This document shows positions 23,849 through 37,059 of a stretch of DNA of 64,000 nt, one piece after another; the stretch's first letter is position 1; every line of letters begins with the position of its first letter. The notes under the pieces were generated by a model. It searched no databases, was not told the DNA's origin, and was given only the letters and a program-made list of their open reading frames with translations. The translations under genes were made by a program, and so were the position numbers. This stretch comes from Chara braunii (Eukaryota > Plantae > Charophyceae): contig BFEA01000030.1 of the NCBI GenBank assembly GCA_003427395.1, positions 2,779,728 to 2,843,727 of the forward strand. The letters run 5' to 3'.

Positions 23849-26128
23849 TTTTTTTTTTTTTTTTTTAGAAGGTTTGTAAATTTATTACCAATGAACAAGA
23901 GGCTGGGAAAACCTCACAATCAACCTGGAGGAAAAACTGGGGCCATTGCCCAACTTACGCTTATGGTGGAAACTGAGTCCAGCGTCTCATACTTCTCTTC
24001 ACCCGTCTTCTACCAAAAACTCATGAAGCACCGGCTGGTATTCCCAGCTCCTCAAGCAAAAGAAAAGGTAATCTATCACTGTTTCCAAGAACGTTCCAGG
24101 GAGCAATCCCTTACTTCGTTCCATGAGAGTCTATCTGCGACTCCCCGTCCCTATCTGAGACTTCGCCTATTCTCCTACACTGTGCTCCCTTGACATTCAA
24201 TCCTTAGGCCCTAAGCCACGGGTCAATCTCCATCTTTAGTTCAGTGCTAACTGTAGATAACCGGTTACCAATCGCCCAGGTCGTCGAAAACCAGATCTTG
24301 CCTTTTTTCTGCCAGTTTGCCCACATTATGTTCCTTATCTCTACTTTAACCGTATTCTGCGTCTGCTCCAATGACCAATGCTCGTCCTTAAACAAGGCGT
24401 CATTCCTGGCCTGCCACAGTATCCTCATACAGACGCCTCTACAGATCTGGGCCACATATCCCCAACCTCTATCATACGGTTTCAGCATTTCTGCTACGCC
24501 AGTCAGAATCCACAAATCAATCCACTCAAAGGCCTGTTCTGGGGGTTGGGTTGTGATACTCCTCCAATGGCGTCTCCACCATTGCCATAATCTGATTGAA
24601 ATGGGGCAGTGTATCCACAGATGTACTATAGACTCCCAGGCCTACCTACACCGTGAGGAAGTCTGAGAGACCGTCATACGTCTCGAGGCCAGCCAGGTGG
24701 CTGAGGCCACTACCTGGAATGATTGAAGCCATAGCAGAGTTGCAGTCTTCTGGTTGGTCATACGCTTCAATTGGGCCCACAGGGATCTCAGATCATCTGT
24801 TGATAACAGATTCGGGCAGTAATCATTCCACCGCTTAAGTGCCAGTGTGGCAGGTGTTTTTGCAATTTTAGCCTGCTGTTGTTCTCTCCCTACCTTTGAT
24901 GAGTAGAAGGGTAACGGTATCTGCTTTGCTTCCCTTCCTTTCTCCGTCCATCCGTATAGATAGGGCTCAATCTTCAATATTGAACTGAGAACGCCTCCTT
25001 GACACATTTCTTTTCCCTTCGCATCCACTGTTATCCAGACTCTTGCTTCCTCCAGATCCCCTAACAATCTTTCTGTCCTTTCTTCTACTAGTTGCAGAGG
25101 CCGTGAGAAGGGTAGTGAGCAGTTCATTTGCAGACGTGGTTTCCACTCTTGAATCTTCGTGTCCTGCGTCAAGCTTGGACCGATAACTCTCCAAAACTTC
25201 TCTTCTGTTGTTGGGGCTCTGAACCATGTGTCCGTCTTCAGGCATGCGGCATCCTTTAGAAGTGCTATCCACTGCTGTGGGATGGCCGCTTTTAATGCTT
25301 CAAAGTGAACCCGCATATTATGTAACTGTGGGAGAAGACCCCGAAGTGTGGTAAGGGTAATCCAGTCCATAGTAACATTGTCCCACAAATCCCTTACCTT
25401 CAACACTCCTTTTGATATCCAACTCCCGCCAAAGCACCCTGCTGTATCAGCTGCTGAGAAGGTCGATCCGTCGGATTGCAGAATGTACACATTCTCAAAG
25501 AGTAGCTGATTTAAAATCACGTCTTTCGAAACCGGAGGGTTAATAAGCTCTGGGTGTAATTTCCTCCAGGCTTTAAGAATGTCTCCCCAAAGGCGGGATT
25601 TTGGACGCTTGTTACCAAATGAAGGCAACAGAAGACAAGACCAAACTGTACTTCCATCTTTCAGCACTCACTCAGTTCCTAAAATATATTCAGCCAATTC
25701 AATCCATATCTTATGTTCCCCTTTCCCAAATGACATAGCCTTCACTGACCATCTTGCCAATAAGGCCAAATTCTATTGTATGGGATCTGTTAGCCCCAAA
25801 CCCCCTTCTGATCTGGACTGTGATACCGTCCCCCAGACAACTTTGATGAGATAGCGCTCTCCTTCTTTTAATGATGACTTCCATATATAGCTGGCTGCTG
25901 CTTGTTTAACATTTTTATATGCTCGATCACTCAGCAAGTGCACCACCAGTGGGAACCATAAGATGGAAAATGTCGTTGTTGTTAGTATCAAAGTTCGACC
26001 AAATAATGACAATTGGTGCCCTCTCTCCCGGTTTGCTATCCTAGATACCACTTTTGTTTTCAAGATGTCGTCTTGTCTTGAAGCAGCGTTCCCTAAAGAA
26101 ACTTGAATCCCCAACAAACGTTCCGATT
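23849..26128 (-). mobile_element. L1/Tx1-type LINE, 3' part (post-RT region, cysteine-rich C-terminus, 3' UTR, poly(A))
   Basis: LLGIQV...LSLFGRTLI...KVVWGTVSQSRSEGGLGL; ILWQARNDALF; T-tract at 23849-23866 is the poly(A) tail. Confidence 0.9.
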
Positions 26129-26949
26129 AACTGACATTTCGTTAAAACTAACATTTTTTTCTAAAATCGCGAAATCGAAGTCCTTATTTTTTTTCCACAA
26201 CAAGCCTTTTTTATTTTAATAAATGTGACCTATATGATCCTATAGTACTATGCTGCACATGTGCAAATTTTATGTTAGTTTTGTTTGATTTTCTTCAGTT
26301 TGCTCTTTTTTTGTGACTCGGTCATTAGTTTACCTTCAAAATTAGTTACTTTTTCGGAACTTTGTCCGTGTCCATCATTTTTGTGTCGTGTATTTGTTGT
26401 TATTATTTGATGTTTTGTTGTTTTTTTTCCCATGCACATATCCACTTCACGTGTATGGAGCACTTCATGCTTCGTTTTTTTGTTCTTTGTGTAGTTTTCC
26501 CTATTTTATGTGCGACATTAACTCATTTTATTCTTTATTTCTCTGTTTTTTCTTCCTAGCTTGTGTATTTTGTGCATTCATTATTCTGTTGTAATGTTCA
26601 GTGCAATATAAATACTTTGCTATTTTGCACTTGTCTGTTCATGTTTAGTGTGTTACTTGTGTGTTTTACTTCTGGCTACGACTAAATTGTCATTGATTCG
26701 TTCTCTAATAAGTAACTTCGTTTTGTACCAAACAACTTTATTCAGTTGATTGGTGTGTTTTCGAGTATTGTACAATCCCTTTTCGGAATTAGCATACATT
26801 TTGTATCGTATTCGTGATATTGTGTTTGCTGCACACACGCATAACATATACACACACACATACACACATCAAGATACAGAGACACATACACATACACATA
26901 CTCACACACACGCACACACACAGTGTTTTATTTGCAAACACATGCATCT

Positions 26950-27270
26950 ATGTATAAGATGAATGTTTCCGTTGCCACATTAAGGACAGTCGTACACGTC
27001 TCTGCTTCAACCAGTGCATGGGGTACAAAACTTTTCTCTCCAAACTTTGCTAAAGATGAATGTGTCCGTTCCCAGAGTAAGAACGATCGTGCACCTCTCT
27101 GCTTCAACCAGTTCAAGGGGTACAAAACTTTTCTCTCCATATTTTGCTAAACATATGCATCTACGACATAGTTCATGGAGTTCAAAACTTTTCTCTCCAA
27201 ACTATGCTAAAGACGAATGTGTCTGTTGCCACAGTAAGGACAGTCGTACACGTCTCTGCTTCAACCAGTC
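26950..27270. repeat. Three degenerate direct repeats (~100 bp)
   Basis: aagatgaatgt..cgttgccaca.taaggacagtcgtacacgtctctgcttcaaccagt recurs at ~26956, ~27052 and ~27210. Confidence 0.75.
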
Positions 27271-27356
27271 GAAAATATCACTGCTTTCTTCCCCCCACGT
27301 GTGTACTTTTTTCTATCGAAAATAACGTCTAATGTGTCATCCCGATGTTCGACGGT

Positions 27357-28115
27357 TCATGATATCTCGTCATAATTATCAAACAGATAATGAACCTGAC
27401 TGTGCACTAAGCATTCTATCTTCATGTTGAACTCTTTCCTTAGAGCATGATCATGGGATATTCGAGTTTTGAAACGCCCAAGCGATCTGGCGATTGTAGG
27501 GTTGTTGAATGCTTCCTGAGATGTAAGTGTGCCATTGTGAAATTCCTCTCTAGCAATGAACAACGCGTTTATTTTTTTATCTTTCACCTTGGCCGCTGTG
27601 AAAAGTGTCACAACGGTGGTATTACGATTCAACAGCCGGATTCGTCCATAAAAATCTACAAAGATCGGAAACTGTATGTGTGGTTTCCTCATGCAAAACC
27701 AAGCACATTGTTTGGCGTGTTTCCTGTCCTGCTGTGACCATTGCTGCTTGACACACAACGTTTTCCACTCGTCGATCATCTCCGTTGGTGTAACAGGGTC
27801 TTCAGTACTGTCCTCGCCGCCGGGTTCTACATCGACTTCTTTCTCCAATGAGTACAAGTACCAGAAGTCTTTGCCGACGTCACGACAAATCTCTATGCCG
27901 TTGCCTCCCATGACCCAATACATGGGGATTTCACCGTCTGGCGCGACATTTTCGACAAGGTGCAAATAGCGAGAGTCTATGCTCACAATATCATTTTCCC
28001 ATATATTTTTGTCGAATATTATGAGATCCAAGGCCGGTGTATTTGAATTGTTGCCTTGTGATGAAGTGGCAGTCGATGATGCGTTGTCGTGCGACGCATT
28101 GTGGTCGACATTCAT
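27357..28115 (-). CDS. Unknown cargo ORF or exon (252 aa)
   Basis: Uninterrupted ORF with globular W/C-rich composition; preceded by a possible splice acceptor. Confidence 0.55.
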   Translation of the reverse strand: MNVDHNASHDNASSTATSSQGNNSNTPALDLIIFDKNIWENDIVSIDSRYLHLVENVAPDGEIPMYWVMGGNGIEICRDVGKDFWYLYSLEKEVDVEPGGEDSTEDPVTPTEMIDEWKTLCVKQQWSQQDRKHAKQCAWFCMRKPHIQFPIFVDFYGRIRLLNRNTTVVTLFTAAKVKDKKINALFIAREEFHNGTLTSQEAFNNPTIARSLGRFKTRISHDHALRKEFNMKIECLVHSQVHYLFDNYDEIS

Positions 28116-28335
28116 CTTGCAAAACGAAAATAATGTAGCATATGTTTACATTTTGTCACTACTGTGCACATTCAGTCACTTTTTTGTTTTTTTATACTGA
28201 CCGTGCTTAATAAACGAAAAAAAGAAAAAAATCGTACAAGCATTCATACGATTATTAAAGAGTCATTGTACACATACACACACACACACACACACAACAC
28301 ATACAGACACACACACATACAGACACACATACACA

Positions 28336-28379
<44 letters not shown>

Positions 28380-28474
28380 NNNNNNNNNNNNNNNNNNNNN
28401 NNNNNNNNNNNNNNNNNNNNNNNNNNNNNNNNNNNNNNNNNNNNNNNNNNNNNNNNNNNNNNNNNNNNNNNNNN

Positions 28475-28514
<40 letters not shown>

Positions 28515-28695
28515 ACACATTCATACACACGCTGCAATGGTTAATATCCAGTAGTTGTATATCTTATCTCGCATCCTTCTTCACATCCATCTCTACTTTG
28601 TGGATGTTGATATTTGTCTATTCAATCAACATGCCTCAATTATTAAATATGTTTTTATGCGTGTGCGCATATAATTCACTTCATGATTACGACTG

Positions 28696-31189
28696 TCATT
28701 GCCCGCAGATCCTTTTCACAACATTCAAAATTGACACCCATTGTGATTCATTTTTTGACCCATCTAACATGCACGGAGGAATTGGCGGTTGAGGCATGCT
28801 ACTAAACTCCTTTATGAATGCAGAATAATTTAAAAGTTGTTTCCCTTCTCGCATCAATTCTGTTTTTTTACCCTCATGAATTTCCACAGCTCTCTTATAA
28901 CGCTCCCAGTAGTCTGGCTGCTTTGTCACCGGTCTTGTCGTTCATAAATTCGCACGTCATCTACATCAACCTCTGTGAATCTCATGACAACCACTAGTAA
29001 TTTTGTTTCTTCCACTTCACATTTGACCATCGACATGTTTTCATATGGAAATGTTCTGCCGTTCGTGATTGTTTCTAATGCTTCTGGCACCGCTTGATTG
29101 ATAACAGTCACCATTGGCCCCGGAACACCTCTTGTATCCCCCGGTTACAAAAATAATTATCGTTTGTTTCACAACCCTGCGTTGCATTTGCGGAGGCCAC
29201 AAGTCGCATGTTTTAGCCATCTTCGACATCTTGCGTTGCATTTGCGGAGGCCACAAGTCAAAAGTGGGATATATCATGCTCTCGTTAAGCGTGCGGAGCC
29301 CAACCGCTGTCATTCGTTGCATGTGCCGAAATGAAATAAGTTGACTGTAGCATATGGGTGTTCCCCATTTGTCAACATGACGGCTCATATTTACCTCCAC
29401 GTCCATAGTCGAAGTATCCGACCTTGCGGTTGCTGTAGAGATAATATAACATGAACGGAAGTTAGCTACGTCTGTCATCGTATAGCCCCTACAAAACCAT
29501 CAGATTATGAGGTGGCAACATGTGTACCGATGATGACTGATGCGCACTTCATGTTCGAATGTTACATCAAACAACATTCATTGTTGCGTTAGAATGTGCC
29601 TGATGAACCGCCTCCAATGATTTCATTCTGGTCGCTCCTCCTTCCATTCATCCACGAGGGCACCTACACCTTGCAAGCCTTTGAAGAAATCCCCACTTTC
29701 CAATATAACCTTTAGGCTACGTGGTTGAAATGGCATGGAAGGCCCCGCCCATCTCCCCTGCTTATGCACAAGTTTTTGTTCCTTATAAACTTAGACTCTG
29801 CCAACCATATTTGATACAATTCGCGATATGCTTTCTGCAATGACCTATGGTGATTGAGTTTTGCAACGAGACCTCGTCTGATATCTGGCATGGCACCTTC
29901 GAAAAAGTCTGTTTGTTTTGTGCAGCAATTGCATCTAGCATAGTCGGTTGACCTTGTCAGGTGAACATGCCAGAAGAAATCACGCTACATCTTTCCGAAT
30001 ACTTGCGAAGAGCAGCTTCTATGTCCTGTTTCTGCAACCGTCTTTTGATGCTTTCATACACGTCTGTTTTGGTAGCATACGTTGGAGGCAGTCTGATGCG
30101 CAGCCTAACTGCGTAGTCCTTGTTCACGTCTGTCTGATCAGGCATTGCATCGGCCTCCTCCATGATCAAAGTCTGGAATGTCTGGAAAGTCATTGCATAA
30201 GTTGCTGATATGGTGGAGTGACCTTTTCTTCCATGAATCGGCAGCACCGTACCGTTTTCATGCAAATCATGGTAGAACGCGTACGTGTTTCTTGAGAAAC
30301 CGATTATGTAGCACCATGCCTTAATACAAACCCTGTGCTTTTCCACAACAGGTTTGACCACCTTCGTTTCATCTTCGATGCAAGTAAAACTGTCTAGTTG
30401 TCTCATCCACCACTTCCTCCTTTCTTCGGGGCTCACCTTGTACACCTCTTCCGTTATCATTCTAGAACAACACTACATTTTTTTGCAGCACGGCTGTGCA
30501 TTCTTCCATGGTGCATTTCTCCAACAAATCTGCATCTGATGTCTCGCTTCTTCGCTTTTGATTCACATACGTGTATTTCCTCTTCCCCGTACCCGACCCC
30601 AACTCTGTCAGAAGGGATGGTGGCTCACTGACACATTGTTGTGTCGTGTGGTCTTTGCTCTCATCGGAAGGTTCATCCGGTGGAAAAGATGCGTTTCCTT
30701 TCCACCATTGTCCTCATCCGAATTGCAGCGAACGGATGAGTCTTCGTCACAGCGGATGTCTGGAGGCGACAGATGCTTGCTTGATGCCTGACATGGAGGA
30801 GGAGCGGATCAGTCATGCTTGACTGCCTTGATTAAATCCTCCAGTCTCAACCTTCGGACTACAGTGTGGGACGGGTGACTCTCATAGTGAAGAACTGTTT
30901 TTCTCTTCTGAGGAGCTCGAATTGAACGTGGCGAGGAGTTACGGTTTCGGCGAAGTTTCCCCAATGAAGGGGACCTGCTCTCAGAGCTGGAGAAGGTTTG
31001 TTCCGGCGATGGAGTTCCTCGGTATGCATTGGATGACTGTGATGGATGCGGGCAGCTCCCCTTCTCACCGTTGACGTTCGATGTGTGCATGGTTTCTGCA
31101 AAGCATTCGAAGACATTGTTAACGGAAAATTCCACTATCGCTGGACCTCCGAACACGCCGACCATAGAAAAAAAACTGATCCTGATCAC
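28696..31189 (-). pseudogene. Sola-like (DUF7869-type) transposase remnant; catalytic core apparently deleted
   Basis: CCKKC (~30475-30490); VCIKAWCYIIGFS; HGRKG; ADAMP; LPPTYATKTDVY; then in a shifted frame YARCNCC...HHRSLQKAYRELY...KNLCI (~29945-29764), where the first catalytic Asp would be expected but is absent. Confidence 0.6.
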
Positions 31190-31379
31190 GCCACCAAGTT
31201 CTTACGGTATAACGAGCTGAACGCACCAGTACACTTGGCAGCGGGGGCAGAGGATGTCGGTGCTGCAACTGGTCGTTGCAACTCTTCTTGCACCCTGGTT
31301 CGCCACCAGGAATAATAAAGGTGGAGAGCGGCAAACCATACTAGCGGCAGGAAGCGACGTGGGTTTCCCGGCCTGCGGT

Positions 31380-33140
31380 GGTCGGTCTGTCGTCCCCGAG
31401 CCTCCACACCATGGGATGGTCCGGCGGCCAGGGGGCGCCGGACCATTCGATGGTCCGAAGCCCCCGAGGCGCCGGACCATGCGATCGTCTGGAGTCCCCG
31501 GGGCACCGGACCATGCGACGGCCCGGAGTCCCCGAGGCGCCACATTGTGGTATGGTCCGGCGTCCACGGGGCTCCGGAGACGTCGCATGGTCCGGCGTTC
31601 GCGGGGCTCTGGAGACGTCGCATGGTCCGAAGTCCCCGAGGCGCCGTACCATTCGATGGTCCGGAGTCCCCGAGGCTCCGGAGACGTCACATGGTCCGGA
31701 GTCCCCGAGGCGCCGGACCATTCTCATGGTCTGGAGTCCCCGAGGCGCCGGACCATTCGATGGTCCGGAGTTCCCGAGGCGCCGGNNNNNNNNNNNNNNN
31801 NNNNNNNNNNNNNNNNNNNNNNNNNNNNNNNNNNNNNNNNNNNNNNNNNNNNNNNNNNNNNNNNNNNNNNNNNNNNNNNNNNNNNNNNNNNNNNNNNNNN
31901 NNNNNNNNNNNNNNNNNNNNNNNNNNNNNNNNNNNNNNNNNNNNNNNNNNNNNNNNNNNNAGGCGCCGGACCATTCGATGGTCCGGAGTCCCCGAGGCGC
32001 CAGACCATTCGATGGTCCGGAGTCCCCGAGGCGCCGGACCATTCGATGGTCCGGAATCCCCGAGGCGCTGGACCATTTGATGGTTTGGAACCGAGGCGCC
32101 GGACCATGGGATGGTCGGGTGTCCCCGAGGCGCCGGACCATTCGATGGTCCGGCGTCCCCGGGCTGCCGGACCATCCCATGGTGTGGAGGCCTCGAGGCG
32201 CCAGGTCATGGAATGGTCCGGCGTCCCCGATGTGCCGGACCATCCTATGGTCTCTGTTGGACCCCGAAACGCCGACCACTCCATGGCCCGGAGCCCCCGA
32301 GGCGCCGGACCACCCCATGGTATGGAGCCTCCCCCCCCGAGGGCCCGGACCATCGAATGGTCCGGCGCCTCGGGGTCGCTGGACCACCCCACGGTCCGGA
32401 CCCCCTGATGCGCCGGATCACCCCACGGTCTGGAGCCCCCAAAGCCCCAGATCACCGGATGTATCGGCCCCCCGGGGGCGCCGAACCACCCCATGGTCTG
32501 GGCCCCCGAGTCGCCGGACCACCCCATGGTCTGGAGCCCCCGACGCACCGGACCATCGGATGTATCGGCACCCCGTGGGCGCCGGACGACCCCATGGTCT
32601 GGACCCCCCGAGGCGCCGGAACAGCCCATGGTCTCGAGGCCCCGACGCACCGGACCATCGGATGTATCGCCGTCCCTGAGGCGCTGGACCACCCATGGTC
32701 TCGATCCCCCAAGGCATTTTACCACCCATGGTCTGGAGCCCCAGAGGCGCCGGACCACCCCATGGTCTTCAGCCCCCGAGGCGTCGGACCACCGGATGTA
32801 TCGCCGTCCCCGAGCCGCCGGACCATGCCATGGTCTGGAGCCCCCGAGGCGCCGAACCACCGGATGTTTCGGCGTCCCCGGGGCACCGGACCATCCCATG
32901 GTGTGGAGCCTTGGGTGTTCGCCCATCCTCGTCGCGCCGGACCATCTCATGGTCCGGAGCCACCGAAGCGTCGTACCATCCCCGTGGTGGGGAGCCCTTG
33001 GGGACACCGGACCATTGGATGCTCCAACTTCCTCGAGGCGCCCGACCATCCCATGGATTCTTGCTCCGCGGCGCCTCCGTGGCTCCGGAATATGGGAGGC
33101 CCCCGAGGCCTCGGACCATACCATGGTTCGGAACGCGTGA
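31380..33140. repeat. GC-rich tandem array of ~33-bp palindromic units
   Basis: Unit gaggcgccggaccattcgatggtccggagtcccc contains the stem ccggacca...tggtccgg. Confidence 0.92.
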
Positions 33141-33806
33141 GGCGCCTGACCATTGCATGCTTCGGCACAAACTATGAAATATACATTCTTTGTGTTTGCT
33201 AGAGTTTTAATCAGCATCGTTTTTTCCGATACGTTGTTACAATTTTCTTTCCCTTTTTTTGTTTTTTGTTTTTTTGTTTTTTTCGGAATGAAAAAAATGG
33301 GGAAAAAAAAAAACCCACGTACACACGCAGCAGGGGAGTGTTATATCAGAAGCCGGGAAAGGAGCCCCATGTCCCATACAAATAAACATAACTGTCTGAA
33401 AGGCGAACAACGCAGACCCCCGATGGAGATGGCTCCAAACTAGTGCTGAAGGGCTACACCAGCTGGAAAGCGGGTCCAGCGTCCCAGTTTTGTACACCAC
33501 ACTGCTGTTTGATTTGACTAGCAGCGATCCTCCCACCTTCACACCAGTTCGCCTTCTCGACCTCCCACCCTGCCTTTGTCCTTGGCATGTACATAACACA
33601 AATGTCCCAGTTTTGTACAAAAAAAAAAAAAATAACATAAGAGGACACGGAGGCGCGACTGCAATAGACAGGTACTGGGGCATACCACACGAACCCACCT
33701 ACGTAGTACACACTGCAGAATGTACGCCCTGTACCCCGACACCACACGCTTCCCGCCATGGTTGAAAACAATCTGACTATGGAACTGTTTGACAATGTTC
33801 CAGGAT

Positions 33807-34700
33807 TCAAGTGGACCTCCACGAGCAGCCAAAGCCATACAACGCGTTCATCGATGAGCCGACTGTGAGGCACTGCGGTTCGTTGATGGTCGCATTCTTT
33901 GTGAACACTGAAATGTATTTCATGCGAACGAACCCTCCACCCCCTGTCAACGATTTCCCTATTGCATCACAGATACACGTCACTTTTTTATCCACCTCTT
34001 GCCAAATGTCGATATCGTCGACTTGACCGGCTAACACTATATTCATCCTATCGTTCGGACATCGGCCTTGCACTAAGCATATGCCCTTCTTTTGGAAACT
34101 CAACTTGTTGCGCAAGACATATACAACTGTGTCGGTTAAAGTTCGACTTTTGTTCGAACAAGCCACGCACAACACCCTACCGAATATGAATTTGGCTAAA
34201 CGTAATCTGATGCAATAGTACGACACAGCTCGTAGAGATAGGGCCTGGCCGCGGAGCGGGTGCTACTCAAGGTCAGGACTTAGGCGAGCGCAATCCAACA
34301 TTTCTTGCTTCATCGCAGTAGACCAAACACGTGGCGAAGTCGAGGTGTATTCACATTCTTGCAAGCTGCACTCACGATGACAAAGCCACAATGAGGCACG
34401 CAAATGGCGGAGGTACTTTGGGACGAGGACGTTGTTGGGCACTGGGATCAGATTTCCCCACTCCATCATGCTAGCGAATTTATAGTCATTAGCCCATGGA
34501 CAGTCTCGCATTACGCTCTCCCAAAAACTATCGTTCGACATGTCGAGATGCTCATCAACGAAAGGGGCAACAATCATCCATGGATCTGATTCGAAGTCCT
34601 CCCTGGTTGCAGTCAGGATTTTCGTGTTTCTGCCAGAACGTCGTATCGACAGTGCGCAAGGGTGAAACGGTTGTGGTCGACGCTGGAGCCATATCGCACG
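33807..34700 (-). pseudogene. Unknown cargo gene, paralog copy B
   Basis: DPWMIVAPF...WESVMRDCPWANDYKFASMMEWGNL; RVLCVACSN..TLTDTVV; FVRMKYIS...ALYGF. Confidence 0.65.
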
Positions 34701-35107
34701 ATTCATCGTATATGAAATTTTCATCGTCAGTAAGATGTACCCTACACACATGAATGAACACAACATACATCAATTATTGTGCACCCTGCCTTCCCGTGTG
34801 GCCGAATACCACAGGTAATAGACAACTTTGTTCCGATGAGTAACATACATTTCGGGGCATCGAATATTGGCGTATCGACTACAAAAAACATATATCTTTC
34901 TATCACGAGAAACATACATGCCGCTATACCTGAGCTAACCTGCGAACATATTAATGGACTAACAAAATGCTTGTATAGCAATGTGTCCATCAATCGACAT
35001 AACTTACGTTACAGTAGCACATCAACGCAATCCAACATCCCTTACATACACCCGTAAGCACGAACAGTTTCACTCCCCACGCTGCACCGTGACCCTTTCA
35101 CCTACAG

Positions 35108-35990
35108 TTAAGTTGAAAGCAAACGTTGTCTTTTACTGAACCCGTACAAAGCAGACAGCGACAAACCGTAAGTAAGGCGGAGGGGGTCTTTGTATTTTCC
35201 CTTTTCCGAGAATGGAGAGATGTATTTCATGCGAACAAACGTCCCGTTTCTAGCCAAGTACTTCCCCATTGCATCTCTGATGCGCACAATGTGAGTCTCA
35301 ACCTCCAACTTTTCGTCGCCTTATGATACTCTCACGTGCTGCATGAAATCGGACTTGCTCTCCCTACCTAAGCACTTGAGAAGCGAGAGGCAATCTTTAG
35401 TAAGATGTAAACTATTGTGGGTCGCAAAAACGACGGCGTCTGTCAAAGTTGTTGCATTGTTCGTGTAGGCCACACATAATATCCTGCTGACAGGCTGGTG
35501 TCCTATTTTCACATGGACACAACCGTAGGAAATCACACTGGACGAATTCTGACAACTACTAGGCAAAGGGTAGTCACTCAAGAAGTCGCAGAACCTTGCG
35601 CATGTCAACAACTCGAATTGCTTAATCGGGGACTAGGTCCTGGACGAGGTTGTGATGCACTTGAACTCTAGAAAGTCGAAGTTGGCATCGGAGGCCGCAA
35701 AGGGGAATGTCTTTGCGGCAACAAATCCGAAGGCAGCAATTGTATCATGTTTCCCCACTCCAACATGTTAGCAAAGCGATACTCGTTCGCCCATGGACAT
35801 AAGGACATTGCGGACTCCCAATCCTCTTCACACCAATAATGAATAGGCCGATCAGTCCATGGCACGACGCCCATCCACGGATCCATCTCAAAACCTTCTC
35901 GAGTGGCGGCGATGATCTCCGTCCGCTCCCGTGTTCCCTACTTGCCGCTCGTGGTATTAGCGGGAACGCAGCTCTGACCGAGTCGTCCTC
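35108..35990 (-). pseudogene. Unknown cargo gene, paralog copy A
   Basis: DPWMGVVPW...WESAMSLCPWANEYRFANMLEWGNM; RILCVAYTN..TLTDAVV; FVRMKYIS...ALYGF. Confidence 0.65.
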
Positions 35991-36029
35991 GTGGTGGAGA
36001 TGCTTGGCGTTCTCTCTACTCGACGGCAT

Positions 36030-36111
<82 letters not shown>

Positions 36112-36310
36112 TATCTCCTTTATTAGGAGAGGAAATAATAATTTATAAACCATGATATATTAAATAATAAAATAAATAAATAAATAAATAAATAATATAT
36201 TTTTAAAATATAATTATATAAAATTAATATTAATAATAAAAGATAAATTAAATTAAAAAATATATATATTAAAAAATAATAATAATAATAAAATAATATA
36301 ATAATAATTA

Positions 36311-36529
36311 TCTACGTTGCGACTTGTACTCACCCCCGTACGAGTACAAGTTGTACTCATTTCTTGTACACTACTCGTACTCAAGGCCCCGTACGACTTT
36401 TTTTAATTTTTTTTACTGTTTTTATTTTTTTTTTCCAATTCTAATAAGAATCTGCAGATGGTGCTCACGCAAATGTTGCTTGTCTTAGGATGTTATATCA
36501 CACATATGTTTTTCGGGTTTTTTGGATGA

Positions 36530-36560
<31 letters not shown>

Positions 36561-36655
36561 GTACGGGTTGTATGGGGGCATACAGGTTCCCGTACAGATA
36601 CTATCTGTATGTTTTGTACGGAAAGGCCCTGTACGTGTACGTTCGGTAACGTAGA
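36311..36655. mobile_element. MITE with TA TSD (Tc1/mariner-type) in an AT-rich tract
   Basis: TA|TCTACGTT...AACGTAGA|TA inverted ends with multiple internal gtac/cgtac motifs. Confidence 0.65.
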
Positions 36656-37059
36656 TAATTATAAAACAAAAAAAATAAAATAATAATAATTTAATTTAAA
36701 ACCTTTTGTTGATAATATTAAAGTCAAAAAAAAGAAATTATTTTTTTTTATAAAAGATTAACACAGTTAGAAATTTTAATACACTGACGTTCTGAAAATC
36801 TATAAGCACGACTTGGAAAATCGTATACCACTCGCCCTTTCGATACCGATCCAGATTACAAGGCAATCTCACAACTTTAAGACGAAACATCCACCAACAA
36901 ACCAATACGATACAAGCTACCAAATTTACATACCAATATACTACATACACTAGATAACGCTAACTAGTTATGGGAGTACCTAAACCGCAGGCAGTGGGCA
37001 CACGGATAAAACAAAAACAAAAAAATAAACTCACATGACAGACCCCGAAACCCACACGT

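Noticed and set aside
31380-33140. CRISPR-like appearance of the palindromic repeats
   Set aside because: Units are contiguous and degenerate with no unique spacers; there are no cas genes and the context is eukaryotic.
31254-33217. Long overlapping ORFs on both strands
   Set aside because: By-products of a stop-poor GC-rich 33-bp tandem array and an N gap.
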